DNA from: Escherichia phage UPEC06
Strand: one strand, 5' to 3'
Sequence record: MW250786
DNA length: 64,000 nt
Below the pieces are notes generated by a model. The model was not told the DNA's origin and did not search any database. It saw only the letters and a program-made list of their open reading frames with translations. Positions 19,913-29,207 of this stretch are shown here, piece by piece. Made by a program: the position numbers and the translations under genes. Position 1 is the first letter of the stretch; every line of letters starts with the position of its first letter.

Positions 19913-20367
19913 TTACAGCCATAATATATGGCATTTGTTTCGTAATCCTTGCTACTCGAAAAGAGAGTGGAACAAAGATAATGGCTGGGCTTTGCCTAGC
20001 CTATCTCGTATTGGAGAACCTGATCCTTTGGTTCTTCTCTACGCAACAATATTTCGACATCACTCTTTATTTTAATGTTCTCTGGACATTGGATTCGATA
20101 CTGCTTTTCACTATGGGTTGTACAGTGAAAGGATTACGACAAAAACTTATCGTATGCCTAAGTATTCCGTTCATGCTTATTCAAGTGTTTGCAATCCAAT
20201 ATCCAGAATTGTTCCCCTTATGGGTTTACGAATTCGCTCTTAGAGACGCTCACAAATATTTCATAGAAACCTTTGTGTTCGTTTATTCTTGGAAGGATAA
20301 TACCGTACCGGAATGGATAAGGACAGCAGTGGTGATATTTCTGGTGCTCATTGCCCATATGGTATGA
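19909..20367 (+). CDS. multi-pass membrane protein
   Basis: Several hydrophobic segments; ATGA overlap with upstream ORF. Confidence 0.45.
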   Translation: MITAIIYGICFVILATRKESGTKIMAGLCLAYLVLENLILWFFSTQQYFDITLYFNVLWTLDSILLFTMGCTVKGLRQKLIVCLSIPFMLIQVFAIQYPELFPLWVYEFALRDAHKYFIETFVFVYSWKDNTVPEWIRTAVVIFLVLIAHMV

Positions 20368-20389
20368 ACATTGATAATGAAGGTGATCT

Positions 20390-20650
20390 ATGTTAAAATT
20401 TCTCAAAGACCTCGTTACCTCTGCGGTGGAACCAGATAAAGCTTCCCATACAAAGTTTTGGTCTAACGTAGGTATGGCTGCTATGACTGCCGTCTTTCTA
20501 TGGTATGGATTCAACAATACATTGCCTGAATGGTATGTGTGGCTTTATGCTCCTACGGTAGTGGCTCCACACCTTTTGAGTGATCTCATTAACCTCCGCT
20601 GGGGATTATCTTTGAAAAAAGATAAAGGCCCTTCTGACGAAAACAAGTAA
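20390..20650 (+). CDS. small membrane protein
   Basis: Hydrophobic central segment (MAAMTAVFLWYGF). Confidence 0.4.
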   Translation: MLKFLKDLVTSAVEPDKASHTKFWSNVGMAAMTAVFLWYGFNNTLPEWYVWLYAPTVVAPHLLSDLINLRWGLSLKKDKGPSDENK

Positions 20651-20662
20651 GAGGAGAAAACT

Positions 20663-23600
20663 GTGTCGTCTAATACTGATATATTGGCACTGGTAAGTAC
20701 CGAAGCAGATCTTGCTGTTGACCAGATCATTGAAGACTCTCGAAGACTTCATTTGATCGTCAACGGAACTGCAACAGAACAAGCTGTTACAGAAGATGGT
20801 AGCTTAATCCCTAGTGTACGTAAAGCGATAATTGATAACTTTTATTTTAAAACTCCACCGTTACCGTGGAGAAATGGAAGTTCAGTTATTGAATTCAATC
20901 AGTTATATGCATTTACCGATGTAAATGGCAACGTAACTTGGTGGTATGCCCCAGGTGCAACTACCAGCACTCCTGTCGTTATGCGAGACAGTCCAATCAA
21001 CGACGGTAAGTTCAGACCTTTCTTCGATAAAGGTAACATTCAAGAAACTTACGCCCCTATCCTTTCCCCTGTTTTTCGTGGAAACCCTACTGTACCTCTT
21101 GCTGCTGAAGGTGATAACTCATTTACTATCGCGAACACAGCTTGGGTTAGTCGAGAAATAGAAAAAGTACGTGGTGAGGTTCTTGAAGAGTCCAGAGGTG
21201 AATTCCAAAACATTATCGTTGCAGATGATGCGAGTCTGAAAGATCTCTATGTAAGTGGAGAAACCATCTTCACTGGCGACAGGATCGCTGCTCTTGATGC
21301 CGAGTTATCTTTAAAAAGATTACGAATGACAGGGACAGACGCAGAAATCGCATTTGAACAAAATGGCGTTCCACCCCAGGCAGGGTTAACAAAAAGAACA
21401 AATATCAAGCCTTTCCAAGTCACCACTGGTGTTGTTGATACCGATAATATAACTGCGAGAGAGATCAAGGTTGGAAATACCTCTGTTTCCACGAATTCTC
21501 TTGATGTTGATGGATTCATGCAAGGTGACTATCTTCACTTAGAGGGTAATGCCAATAACGCAGAAGACCGCCCACAACTGATCGTTGACGGTATTGCGGA
21601 AATAAATACTCTTCGTGTGACGAACACCATTGAAGGATTGAAGGCTGACGTTGAAGGTCTGGATATTAATCCTAACAGCATTGTGGTTGAAAGAACTGCG
21701 GAGATTAAGGGAAATACAACCCTTGGTGCAGATCTTGCCGTTACTGGCAATACGGTATTGAAAAATGTAAGAATCGAAGGTACTCTCACGGGTGCTGGAA
21801 TCGGTGTTGACGGGAAAGACATTTCCCCTCGTAATGTGAGTGCAACATCCGTTACTGTGGCAGAGAGCTTAAACATTACTGGACCTACTACGGCTTCCGG
21901 CGACGTTACGGTAAACAACCTGACGGTTAATGGAACACTCAGGGCCGATATCGACTTTGGAACTGCTGCTGTTGAATTCCAAGATCTGACTGTGACTAAC
22001 AAGGCAACGATCAAGGATCTTGAAATCACCGGAAACCTGACGGGAGTTACAGTCTCTGTTGATGGTGAAGCAATCTCCCCTTCTTCGGTGACAACCACAG
22101 GAAACATCGATGTTGGTAACAACATGCGTGTTCGTGGTGATATTACTCTGGACGGTGAGTTAAGTATCCCAAGCTTAGATACTGGGGACATAACGGCTGC
22201 TGCAATTGATGGTGCGAGCCTCTCAGTTAGTGGCGACATTACCGCAGGAACAACTTCGACCACAACGGTTAACAATCTTGTAGTCACAGGAACCACTACA
22301 GGAATCACTGTAACGGGCAATGTTGACGGACAAGACATTCTCCCATCCTCTGTAGAAACAACGTCTGTAGTGGCCTCTGAGAGAGTTACAACGGCAAACC
22401 TGACATCTACAGGTGACACTCAGGTAAATAACCTGACAATTACTGGAACTGTAACAGGATTCGATGTAGATCTTACCGGAAAGGACATTCAGGTTAATAC
22501 CTTGACGGTTACTCGCGGGTCAACTTTTGACGAGGTTACTGCTAATAACATAACCAACAATCAAAAGATTACCACAGTAGACCTTCAGGTTACTGGAAAC
22601 CTGACGAATGCAGACGGTGAACAATTCTTTGCAAACGTCACTGGTCAAGATATACTTCCTAATAGTGTGCAGTCTGCAACGTCTGTGAGAACTAAAACGC
22701 TACGTGTCGAAGAGACTAGCCTATTGGAAGGTGCTGTTACCTTAAATGATGGTTTGACTATCACTGGTGGTAATATCACATCTGTTCAAGGTCAAGCAAG
22801 CTTCAATGACGTACAGGTATTTGGATCTCTTCTGGACGCGAATGGTAATGCCTTAGGGACAGCGGAAAGCATAAACGGTAAAGATATCTCTCCTCGTAGC
22901 GTTACTGCTCAAGTTGAGATTCAGACTACTGCAATTGTTGCTACAGGTCAAGCTGAAGTTGGTTCTTTGATTTCAACTGGACAAGTAATGGCAGGAAGCT
23001 TAGAGGTTTCAGGGATAGGTAATATTGGTCAGGTTATTACCGACGACGTTCGTGCTGGAAAGGTAACTTCTGGTAACACCGTTATTACTCGTACTGTTGG
23101 ATCTAGCGATCCTGCTCTTGAAGTTCGTGGACCAGGTGAGATTCAGGGTGACCTTAATGTAACCGGAACTGTAACTGGTAACATTGACCTTAGCTCTCAA
23201 GACGTTAACGTTGCTTCAATGACCTCAACGGGAACAGTAAATGCCCTTTCCATTGAGTCTCGTACATCGGTAACTGGATTGTCTGGTACATTCGGTGAAG
23301 ATTATGAAGGTGCACCTACCTATGGTATAACTTCTCTTTCCGGCGCAAACATCAACAAGAACCTTCGAGTTGGTGGAAACCTGACTGTTGTTGGTAACAT
23401 CTCTGGCAATATCGACTTATCTGGAAAGGCGATCGAGCCTGCATCTTTGTCTACCACGACAGCTACGTTAACGACGGCGAACATAACAGACCTGACTGTA
23501 ACTGGTCAGTTTAATATCCCGACTGTACCGTTAAATGTTCAATCCCTTAGTTCTGAAAACGCTATTTCCGCAAGCAAGTTCAGCACCACACCAAAAGAAG

Positions 23601-23896
23601 TAAGCACCACCTCTTCTTCTTACATCCCAGACGGCTCAACGAGCATATATAACGTAAACGTTATAAATGATGTTGAAGTGAAAGCGCCGATTGGCCTGTT
23701 GAGTTCAGGAAAAGGTGAGTCGGTATTCCTCTTCTTTGAACAGGATGGTACTGGTGGACATGCGGTAACATTCGGATCGGAGTTTGTTGTGCATGGTACT
23801 GAAACCATCAAAACAGATGCAAACACTGTATCGGTAGTTAACATGGTTTATCGTGGCAAAGGCCCATTGATTGACGTATTCATCACTCGTCGCTAA
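20663..23896 (+). CDS. large tail fibre/tailspike-like protein with internal periodic repeats
   Basis: 1077 aa, Thr/Gly/Asn/Val-rich; motif G(K/Q)DI(S/L)PxSV recurs at least 6 times; GTG start with GAGGAG. Confidence 0.6.
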   Translation: MSSNTDILALVSTEADLAVDQIIEDSRRLHLIVNGTATEQAVTEDGSLIPSVRKAIIDNFYFKTPPLPWRNGSSVIEFNQLYAFTDVNGNVTWWYAPGATTSTPVVMRDSPINDGKFRPFFDKGNIQETYAPILSPVFRGNPTVPLAAEGDNSFTIANTAWVSREIEKVRGEVLEESRGEFQNIIVADDASLKDLYVSGETIFTGDRIAALDAELSLKRLRMTGTDAEIAFEQNGVPPQAGLTKRTNIKPFQVTTGVVDTDNITAREIKVGNTSVSTNSLDVDGFMQGDYLHLEGNANNAEDRPQLIVDGIAEINTLRVTNTIEGLKADVEGLDINPNSIVVERTAEIKGNTTLGADLAVTGNTVLKNVRIEGTLTGAGIGVDGKDISPRNVSATSVTVAESLNITGPTTASGDVTVNNLTVNGTLRADIDFGTAAVEFQDLTVTNKATIKDLEITGNLTGVTVSVDGEAISPSSVTTTGNIDVGNNMRVRGDITLDGELSIPSLDTGDITAAAIDGASLSVSGDITAGTTSTTTVNNLVVTGTTTGITVTGNVDGQDILPSSVETTSVVASERVTTANLTSTGDTQVNNLTITGTVTGFDVDLTGKDIQVNTLTVTRGSTFDEVTANNITNNQKITTVDLQVTGNLTNADGEQFFANVTGQDILPNSVQSATSVRTKTLRVEETSLLEGAVTLNDGLTITGGNITSVQGQASFNDVQVFGSLLDANGNALGTAESINGKDISPRSVTAQVEIQTTAIVATGQAEVGSLISTGQVMAGSLEVSGIGNIGQVITDDVRAGKVTSGNTVITRTVGSSDPALEVRGPGEIQGDLNVTGTVTGNIDLSSQDVNVASMTSTGTVNALSIESRTSVTGLSGTFGEDYEGAPTYGITSLSGANINKNLRVGGNLTVVGNISGNIDLSGKAIEPASLSTTTATLTTANITDLTVTGQFNIPTVPLNVQSLSSENAISASKFSTTPKEVSTTSSSYIPDGSTSIYNVNVINDVEVKAPIGLLSSGKGESVFLFFEQDGTGGHAVTFGSEFVVHGTETIKTDANTVSVVNMVYRGKGPLIDVFITRR

Positions 23897-23899
23897 TAG

Positions 23900-23924
23900 A
23901 GGCCCTTCGGGGCCTTTTCTTTTT
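23900..23924 (+). terminator. intrinsic terminator
   Basis: AGGCCC-TTCG-GGGCCT followed by TTTCTTTTT. Confidence 0.6.
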
Positions 23925-23935
23925 AGGAGGACAAC

Positions 23936-25171
23936 ATGATCCCTTTTCCAATTATTAATTTCGGTGGCAGTGTTCCACTACCTGTAGGCGTTACAATCAA
24001 GTATGCAGTAAGTACCAGCACCGGAAATATTTTTATTCTGCTTACCAATGGGCATCTATATGTAACTGGATCTAATTATCTAAACGGACTTGGTAAAACA
24101 GGGACCACAAATAATGCAACTTCGGGATGGTCACTTACTAACACAGGTGTTGAAGAAGTTTATGAGGCAGGAACAGAAAGTACACTGTACGGCGGTGTGT
24201 GGGTTAAGAAAAATAATAACCACTATGAATATATCTCTGCTGTAATCTTCCCCACTGTTGACACAACTCTCCAAAACAGTTGGAACGTCTTGCCTGAATC
24301 TGCATACATTGTCGATGGCGTAAATATCTTATCTTCCGCAATACAAATAGCCAGATCATACGCGATCCAGCCCGACGGCACTGTTTACAGACTTCTTCCA
24401 GAGGGACCTCAAGTAGCTTGGCCTGAGAAAACAAAATACCTGTATTTTGCAAACTATAATGCTATTCGTGTCGAGGTTGACGGAACTTTAAAATACCGAG
24501 GCGACAATGGTATAGATCAAGTGGCAGGCACTTCTGCCGGAACAACATTATCAACTTGGACAACCATCGGGGATTCTTCTGTAAGGTATATTAGGGCAAA
24601 ATGTGCTCGTGGTCAAGTGGCTAACACGAGTGGCGGTTCAGGTGCTCAATCTATTGTACTTGTTGTTGCACAGAGGGAAGATGGGTCATGGGATGCAGTT
24701 GGATCGGCAGCAAGAGCAGGGATAAACTCAACCAACGTCCTCGGTCCTAATTTAGCACCTATGACAAGCATTCCTGCTGGAGTTGAAGTTTACCTAACTA
24801 ACCAGATCAGTTATACAAACGCAAGTGTGAGCACTAGGGCAGCACTGCAAGTATTCATCTCTGACAGGGTTAATGGAGTTTATCAATCGACAGGTGGACA
24901 AGGTGGATACACATACTCCTTATTTAGAGATCTTCCTATAACCACCAACGCAACATCTTTTGAAAGCATACATCAAGATATTATAGATGATGGCGGCATT
25001 CTCCATATGACTGGCTCATTGGCTGACACTTTCAAAGTGATTGTTAGTGGTAATGGTAATCTTTACTGGACAGGGAGAGGTTACACAGGGGCTATGTACC
25101 CTGCTGACTTTACGGCCTCTAATACGATAGCTCAGAAGTTTAACTTGGAAGGTATAGTTATTCCAGCATAA
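23936..25171 (+). CDS. putative fibre-associated/receptor-binding protein
   Basis: 411 aa ORF with AGGAGG RBS, last gene of + strand structural module. Confidence 0.4.
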   Translation: MIPFPIINFGGSVPLPVGVTIKYAVSTSTGNIFILLTNGHLYVTGSNYLNGLGKTGTTNNATSGWSLTNTGVEEVYEAGTESTLYGGVWVKKNNNHYEYISAVIFPTVDTTLQNSWNVLPESAYIVDGVNILSSAIQIARSYAIQPDGTVYRLLPEGPQVAWPEKTKYLYFANYNAIRVEVDGTLKYRGDNGIDQVAGTSAGTTLSTWTTIGDSSVRYIRAKCARGQVANTSGGSGAQSIVLVVAQREDGSWDAVGSAARAGINSTNVLGPNLAPMTSIPAGVEVYLTNQISYTNASVSTRAALQVFISDRVNGVYQSTGGQGGYTYSLFRDLPITTNATSFESIHQDIIDDGGILHMTGSLADTFKVIVSGNGNLYWTGRGYTGAMYPADFTASNTIAQKFNLEGIVIPA

Positions 25172-25173
25172 AG

Positions 25174-25206
25174 AAAAGGCGCTCAAATGAGCGCCTTTAT
25201 TTTTAT
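25174..25206. terminator. bidirectional terminator between convergent modules
   Basis: GGCGCTC-AAAT-GAGCGCC flanked by A-tract and T-tract, between + gene ending 25171 and - gene ending 25220. Confidence 0.6.
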
Positions 25207-25219
25207 CTAAATTTTACGA

Positions 25220-26395
25220 TCAAAACGGAATATCGTCGTCAAAATCCATATCATCTACAGACATATTCACATGGCCTTCGATATCAGGTGTAGGTGAATC
25301 TTCTGCTGACGGAGTTAACTGCGGTTCCGGCTCAGATTTCTTTTCTTCTTGCTTAGGGGTTGAAGCCCCGTTACGGATCTTATCTTCCAACTGACAGATA
25401 AATCGGAAATTCTCTTCTGTTTTAGCAATAAACGTTTCAATGTTATTACTTCCCCAACGGGCAGAAAGAATACCACACTGGCCTAAACGAGCACCAAAAG
25501 AATAATCATCCATAGATTTAAACTCTTCGCGAAGTTTTGCTTTAATGGAGTCCATCGCTGCAAGAACTTGCTCTACAACAATACCCTGATTTACGATCGT
25601 TTCATTCGGGAACATCGCATCTGTGATAGACAGTGCATTACCTAAACGAATAGGCAGATCGTCTTTACCTTTACCTGAACGTGATCCTGTTCCAGTACTT
25701 GCACCTTTTGGACCGTAAGCTTTAAAGCCTGTAACCGTACCATCATCTGAACGAACACCTGCAATACGACCACCTTCTGTAATCTGACCCGTCTGTTCAT
25801 CAGTGAGGTTTACAGTAACTTCTGTGCCGTCTTCCAGCTTAACAACTACCTTATTGCCTTCGATAGATGTGATATCACCATAAATCTTCTTAGCTGCACC
25901 ACCAGACGGCTTTTGCTGCTGTTGGGAACCATTTGATTGCTGCTGTTGCTGACGAGGCTCACGAGCACCGGATGCGTCAGTAATCTTGATACGTGCTTTC
26001 TTACCTTCCGTAGAAGAACCCTGACTACCATCTTGTTTGGTGTAGGTCTTGATAACAACAGGTAAGCGAATTTTCATACCTTCTTTAAGATCAGTGTAAC
26101 CACCTTCAGGATTTTTAATCTGGAACTGATTCTCATACTTCAGGTTTTTAACTTCACCTTCACCAAAAGAAATCCAAGCCTGGTCTTCACCTTCTTTCAG
26201 AAGAACTGCATAGCGGTGGGTATTGTTAATGCTTTTTTGCTGACCTGTATTCTTATCTTTAAAGGTGGTAACGCGTGGACTACCATCTTCATTAATACGT
26301 TTAATGAGGATACGTTCAATCGTACCTGCTGCAATGTTTACTGTGGTATCGGAAACAGCATCGTATACAGCATTGATAACTTTAACTTCAGACAT
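25220..26395 (-). CDS. SSB-like protein with E. coli SSB-type C-terminal tip
   Basis: C-terminus MDFDDDIPF matches the E. coli SSB tip; Gln/Gly-rich linker QQQQQSNGSQQQQKPSGG. Confidence 0.5.
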   Translation of the reverse strand: MSEVKVINAVYDAVSDTTVNIAAGTIERILIKRINEDGSPRVTTFKDKNTGQQKSINNTHRYAVLLKEGEDQAWISFGEGEVKNLKYENQFQIKNPEGGYTDLKEGMKIRLPVVIKTYTKQDGSQGSSTEGKKARIKITDASGAREPRQQQQQSNGSQQQQKPSGGAAKKIYGDITSIEGNKVVVKLEDGTEVTVNLTDEQTGQITEGGRIAGVRSDDGTVTGFKAYGPKGASTGTGSRSGKGKDDLPIRLGNALSITDAMFPNETIVNQGIVVEQVLAAMDSIKAKLREEFKSMDDYSFGARLGQCGILSARWGSNNIETFIAKTEENFRFICQLEDKIRNGASTPKQEEKKSEPEPQLTPSAEDSPTPDIEGHVNMSVDDMDFDDDIPF

Positions 26396-26478
26396 TTAAA
26401 TCTCCTTTAACTATTGAACACACCACTTAAGGCCGAGAAACTATATTACAACTAACTTATTTGAATTGCAAACAACTT

Positions 26479-26859
26479 TTAGAGATAAACTCGCTTAACT
26501 TTTTCATGAACATTATCAAACAAAGTGTTGATCATCTGCAAGTCTTTAATAAGTTCTTCCGTAAATTGTTCTTCTTTGTGAGCAAACACACGAGAACGGT
26601 CAATGTTTACGGGATCTGCACTTTGGTCACCAGACAGGTCGAAAATGTCGATACCAATACGAGCACGACCTTTTTCAATCTTATTCTCATCATCAATACC
26701 ATAAACACTCATGATTTGCATTTCACGATCTTCTTCTTTGTTTGTATAGATGATCGTGGTATTCAGATTCTTAATGCCATCATAAATGTGGATATTACGT
26801 GTAGCTGAGATAGGAATCCAATCACCAACCAGATAATCTTTACCGTCGAAAATACTCAT
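26479..26859 (-). CDS. hypothetical protein
   Basis: ORF with GAGGAA upstream in - strand operon. Confidence 0.4.
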   Translation of the reverse strand: MSIFDGKDYLVGDWIPISATRNIHIYDGIKNLNTTIIYTNKEEDREMQIMSVYGIDDENKIEKGRARIGIDIFDLSGDQSADPVNIDRSRVFAHKEEQFTEELIKDLQMINTLFDNVHEKVKRVYL

Positions 26860-26913
26860 CTTCTTTCCTCTGTTGTTTAAGTGGGGCCATTATGCCCCAA
26901 GTAGTACTTTCTG

Positions 26914-27501
26914 TCAAGGACGTTTTGGTGGACTAACGACACCTTTTTTAGATAAAGGTAATTCGTCTGCATCTTTTCCACGAAGAGATTCTAGCCACTC
27001 ATCTAAAGACAGGGGTACTTTACCATCACCTTTGGACCACACAGACAAGCAATACAGATCGTATGCAGATGGACCTCGATCACCTTTGTCACCATTCGGC
27101 CCTTTTAAGCTCTCCAACCAATCCTTTTCGTTCAGTGGGATAGCACCTGGATCTTCTTGATGAAGAACTCTTAGGTATGTTTCATAAGCAGACTCTCCAC
27201 GAGGACCCATTTGACCCTTCTCACCTTGTGGCCCTTTTGCATAATCTGCGTACTTAGATTCCAGATATGCAGACTTCACACCTTCAGGGGCAACGGAAAC
27301 CTTATACAATGACCAAGCTAACAGAGCTATCCAACAAGCAAACAGTGCAAGCGGATAAGGGATCATTGAAGTAAAGAATGACAGAGCTAAAATTACAACC
27401 TTGTTCTTGTGATTACGACGGAAAGCGATGATCACAGGGGCTAACCAGATAGCAAAGATAACCCACGCAGATAAGATAAACAACCAACTAATGTATTCCA
27501 T
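26914..27501 (-). CDS. membrane protein with two collagen-like/SAY repeats
   Basis: N-terminal hydrophobic segments; duplicated unit KGPxGxKGxxGPxxxSAY...PLxxxxWLESLxG. Confidence 0.45.
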   Translation of the reverse strand: MEYISWLFILSAWVIFAIWLAPVIIAFRRNHKNKVVILALSFFTSMIPYPLALFACWIALLAWSLYKVSVAPEGVKSAYLESKYADYAKGPQGEKGQMGPRGESAYETYLRVLHQEDPGAIPLNEKDWLESLKGPNGDKGDRGPSAYDLYCLSVWSKGDGKVPLSLDEWLESLRGKDADELPLSKKGVVSPPKRP

Positions 27502-27689
27502 TAAGCCTCCTCGGTATCGTCTTTAAAGTAATCTAACATCCAACTTTCTACAGGGGTTGCATAGTAACCCGTTCGACCTTTCTTTTGAAACTCCATGATA
27601 ATTTCATTTGCAATACCTTTTGTGATTGCGATCCCGATCAGTGCACCACCAGGTCCCATTACTGCATGTGAACTAAGATCATTACTCAT
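27501..27689 (-). CDS. hypothetical small protein
   Basis: ORF in operon. Confidence 0.35.
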   Translation of the reverse strand: MSNDLSSHAVMGPGGALIGIAITKGIANEIIMEFQKKGRTGYYATPVESWMLDYFKDDTEEA

Positions 27690-27981
27690 TTTTAACCCCC
27701 TTCATTTTATCTCTTAAACTTTGAGCATCCCACGTATAACCTGAGGAGATACCTTTTTCACGTTCACTATCTTTGAACTTGCAAATTACAGATTTTGCTT
27801 CACCATCAACAACAACCGCATAACTGTTGTAATAATTGTGTTGCTTCTTGCAAAATTCGTGTAACTCCTTAACCTCTATTGGCATCAGAGAAGGTAGATT
27901 TTTGTATCGCTTTGTCTGATCATCTTCACCATCTCCGCAACCAACAAGAAGAAGTATACATAAAATGATTAACCTTTTCAA
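27682..27981 (-). CDS. predicted lipoprotein
   Basis: Signal peptide with lipobox LLVGC. Confidence 0.45.
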   Translation of the reverse strand: MKRLIILCILLLVGCGDGEDDQTKRYKNLPSLMPIEVKELHEFCKKQHNYYNSYAVVVDGEAKSVICKFKDSEREKGISSGYTWDAQSLRDKMKGVKNE

Positions 27982-28129
27982 TAGCTACCCCCAAAATATT
28001 TTGTAATCTCTACTGCAAATATTGTCCCAAGTATAAACCATGTGGCACTTAGTACGTTGAAGGGTAAAAACCTTGATCCTGTAAGAGAAACCATAATGAA
28101 AAACGTTACAAAAATCTCTGGAGAAATCA

Positions 28130-28531
28130 TCATTGTTTGATAGTCCCCTTGGCGATCATCTCGTCAAGTTCATCTTCCGCACGACACATAATCTGATAGA
28201 TAGTCTCTGGATTGTTTAAGAATTCTGTGTACTTTTTGATACGACAAACTAAACGTGCACGAACTTTACGCTCACGGGCCACATGATTAAAGTAATGTCC
28301 CTTTTGTCTGTAGATCCAAGCATAATATACAGTTTTTGCTCTATTGCGATCACAACCTAAACGTTCAGCCAACAGAGTGTAAGGGTCATTATTAGTGGGA
28401 CCAAACAAAAATATTTCTGCAAAACTTTCCTTCATGATACGAGATTCTTCATCCGTGATTCGCGGACATTCTTCAGAACCGTAGCGTGGGGTTTTAGTGG
28501 CATTTGGCTTCTTAGGGTATACTTTACGCAT
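28130..28531 (-). CDS. hypothetical protein
   Basis: ORF with GAGGAG RBS. Confidence 0.45.
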   Translation of the reverse strand: MRKVYPKKPNATKTPRYGSEECPRITDEESRIMKESFAEIFLFGPTNNDPYTLLAERLGCDRNRAKTVYYAWIYRQKGHYFNHVARERKVRARLVCRIKKYTEFLNNPETIYQIMCRAEDELDEMIAKGTIKQ

Positions 28532-28598
28532 TTCATCACTCCTCTAATTAAAACTCTTACTCCCGATGTGAGGAGCCTTTCGGCCCCTCTCTTAAATA

Positions 28599-29207
28599 TC
28601 AATCACAACTACTTGAAGAACTACTGCTGCTACTGTCAGAAGAATAACTATCATATGATGATGAGCTATCATACGAACTTGATCGACTTGAAGAACAGTA
28701 AGAACTTGAACTACTTGTACGATCTTCACTGGAGGACATTACAGCAGCATACGTTGCCACACCACCTAAAGCTGCCACCTGAGGATCAACCTGGCTAGTT
28801 CCATATCCATTTGGAGAGTCGCTCATCTTACGTGGTGCTGCCCGACGTGCCTGATCAATATACTGTCGCTTTGCCTTCGGCGGTAATTTCTTACCTTGAG
28901 CATAGGACGGTAATTCAACGCCCTTCAGTTGTTCATTCAAAGGTTTCGGCGGTGTAGCCTGTGATTTTGGTCGTTCAACAGAGATATCAACAACCTTCAT
29001 CGTCTTATCCTTGATGTTTACCCCAACCAGTACTTCATTTTCTTTTAATGGCTTTTCAAGATCGCGTGTTTCAACTGGACCAAATTTAACGCTTGCAGTT
29101 TCCTGACGTTGTTCGGCCTGCTTTGCAATATATTTGTCGATCGCCGCAGTTTCTACTTCCAGCGGAATAAACAGTGATTTTACCCAAGCAACAAACTTCT
29201 TGATCAT
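28599..29207 (-). CDS. hypothetical protein with poly-Ser C-terminal tail
   Basis: C-terminal ~45 residues are almost entirely Ser with interspersed Tyr/Asp. Confidence 0.45.
   Translation of the reverse strand: MIKKFVAWVKSLFIPLEVETAAIDKYIAKQAEQRQETASVKFGPVETRDLEKPLKENEVLVGVNIKDKTMKVVDISVERPKSQATPPKPLNEQLKGVELPSYAQGKKLPPKAKRQYIDQARRAAPRKMSDSPNGYGTSQVDPQVAALGGVATYAAVMSSSEDRTSSSSSYCSSSRSSSYDSSSSYDSYSSDSSSSSSSSSCD

Noticed and set aside
21535-22419. 294-aa antisense ORF inside the 1077-aa fibre gene
   Set aside because: Product of the repetitive, compositionally biased fibre coding sequence; opposite to the operon direction.
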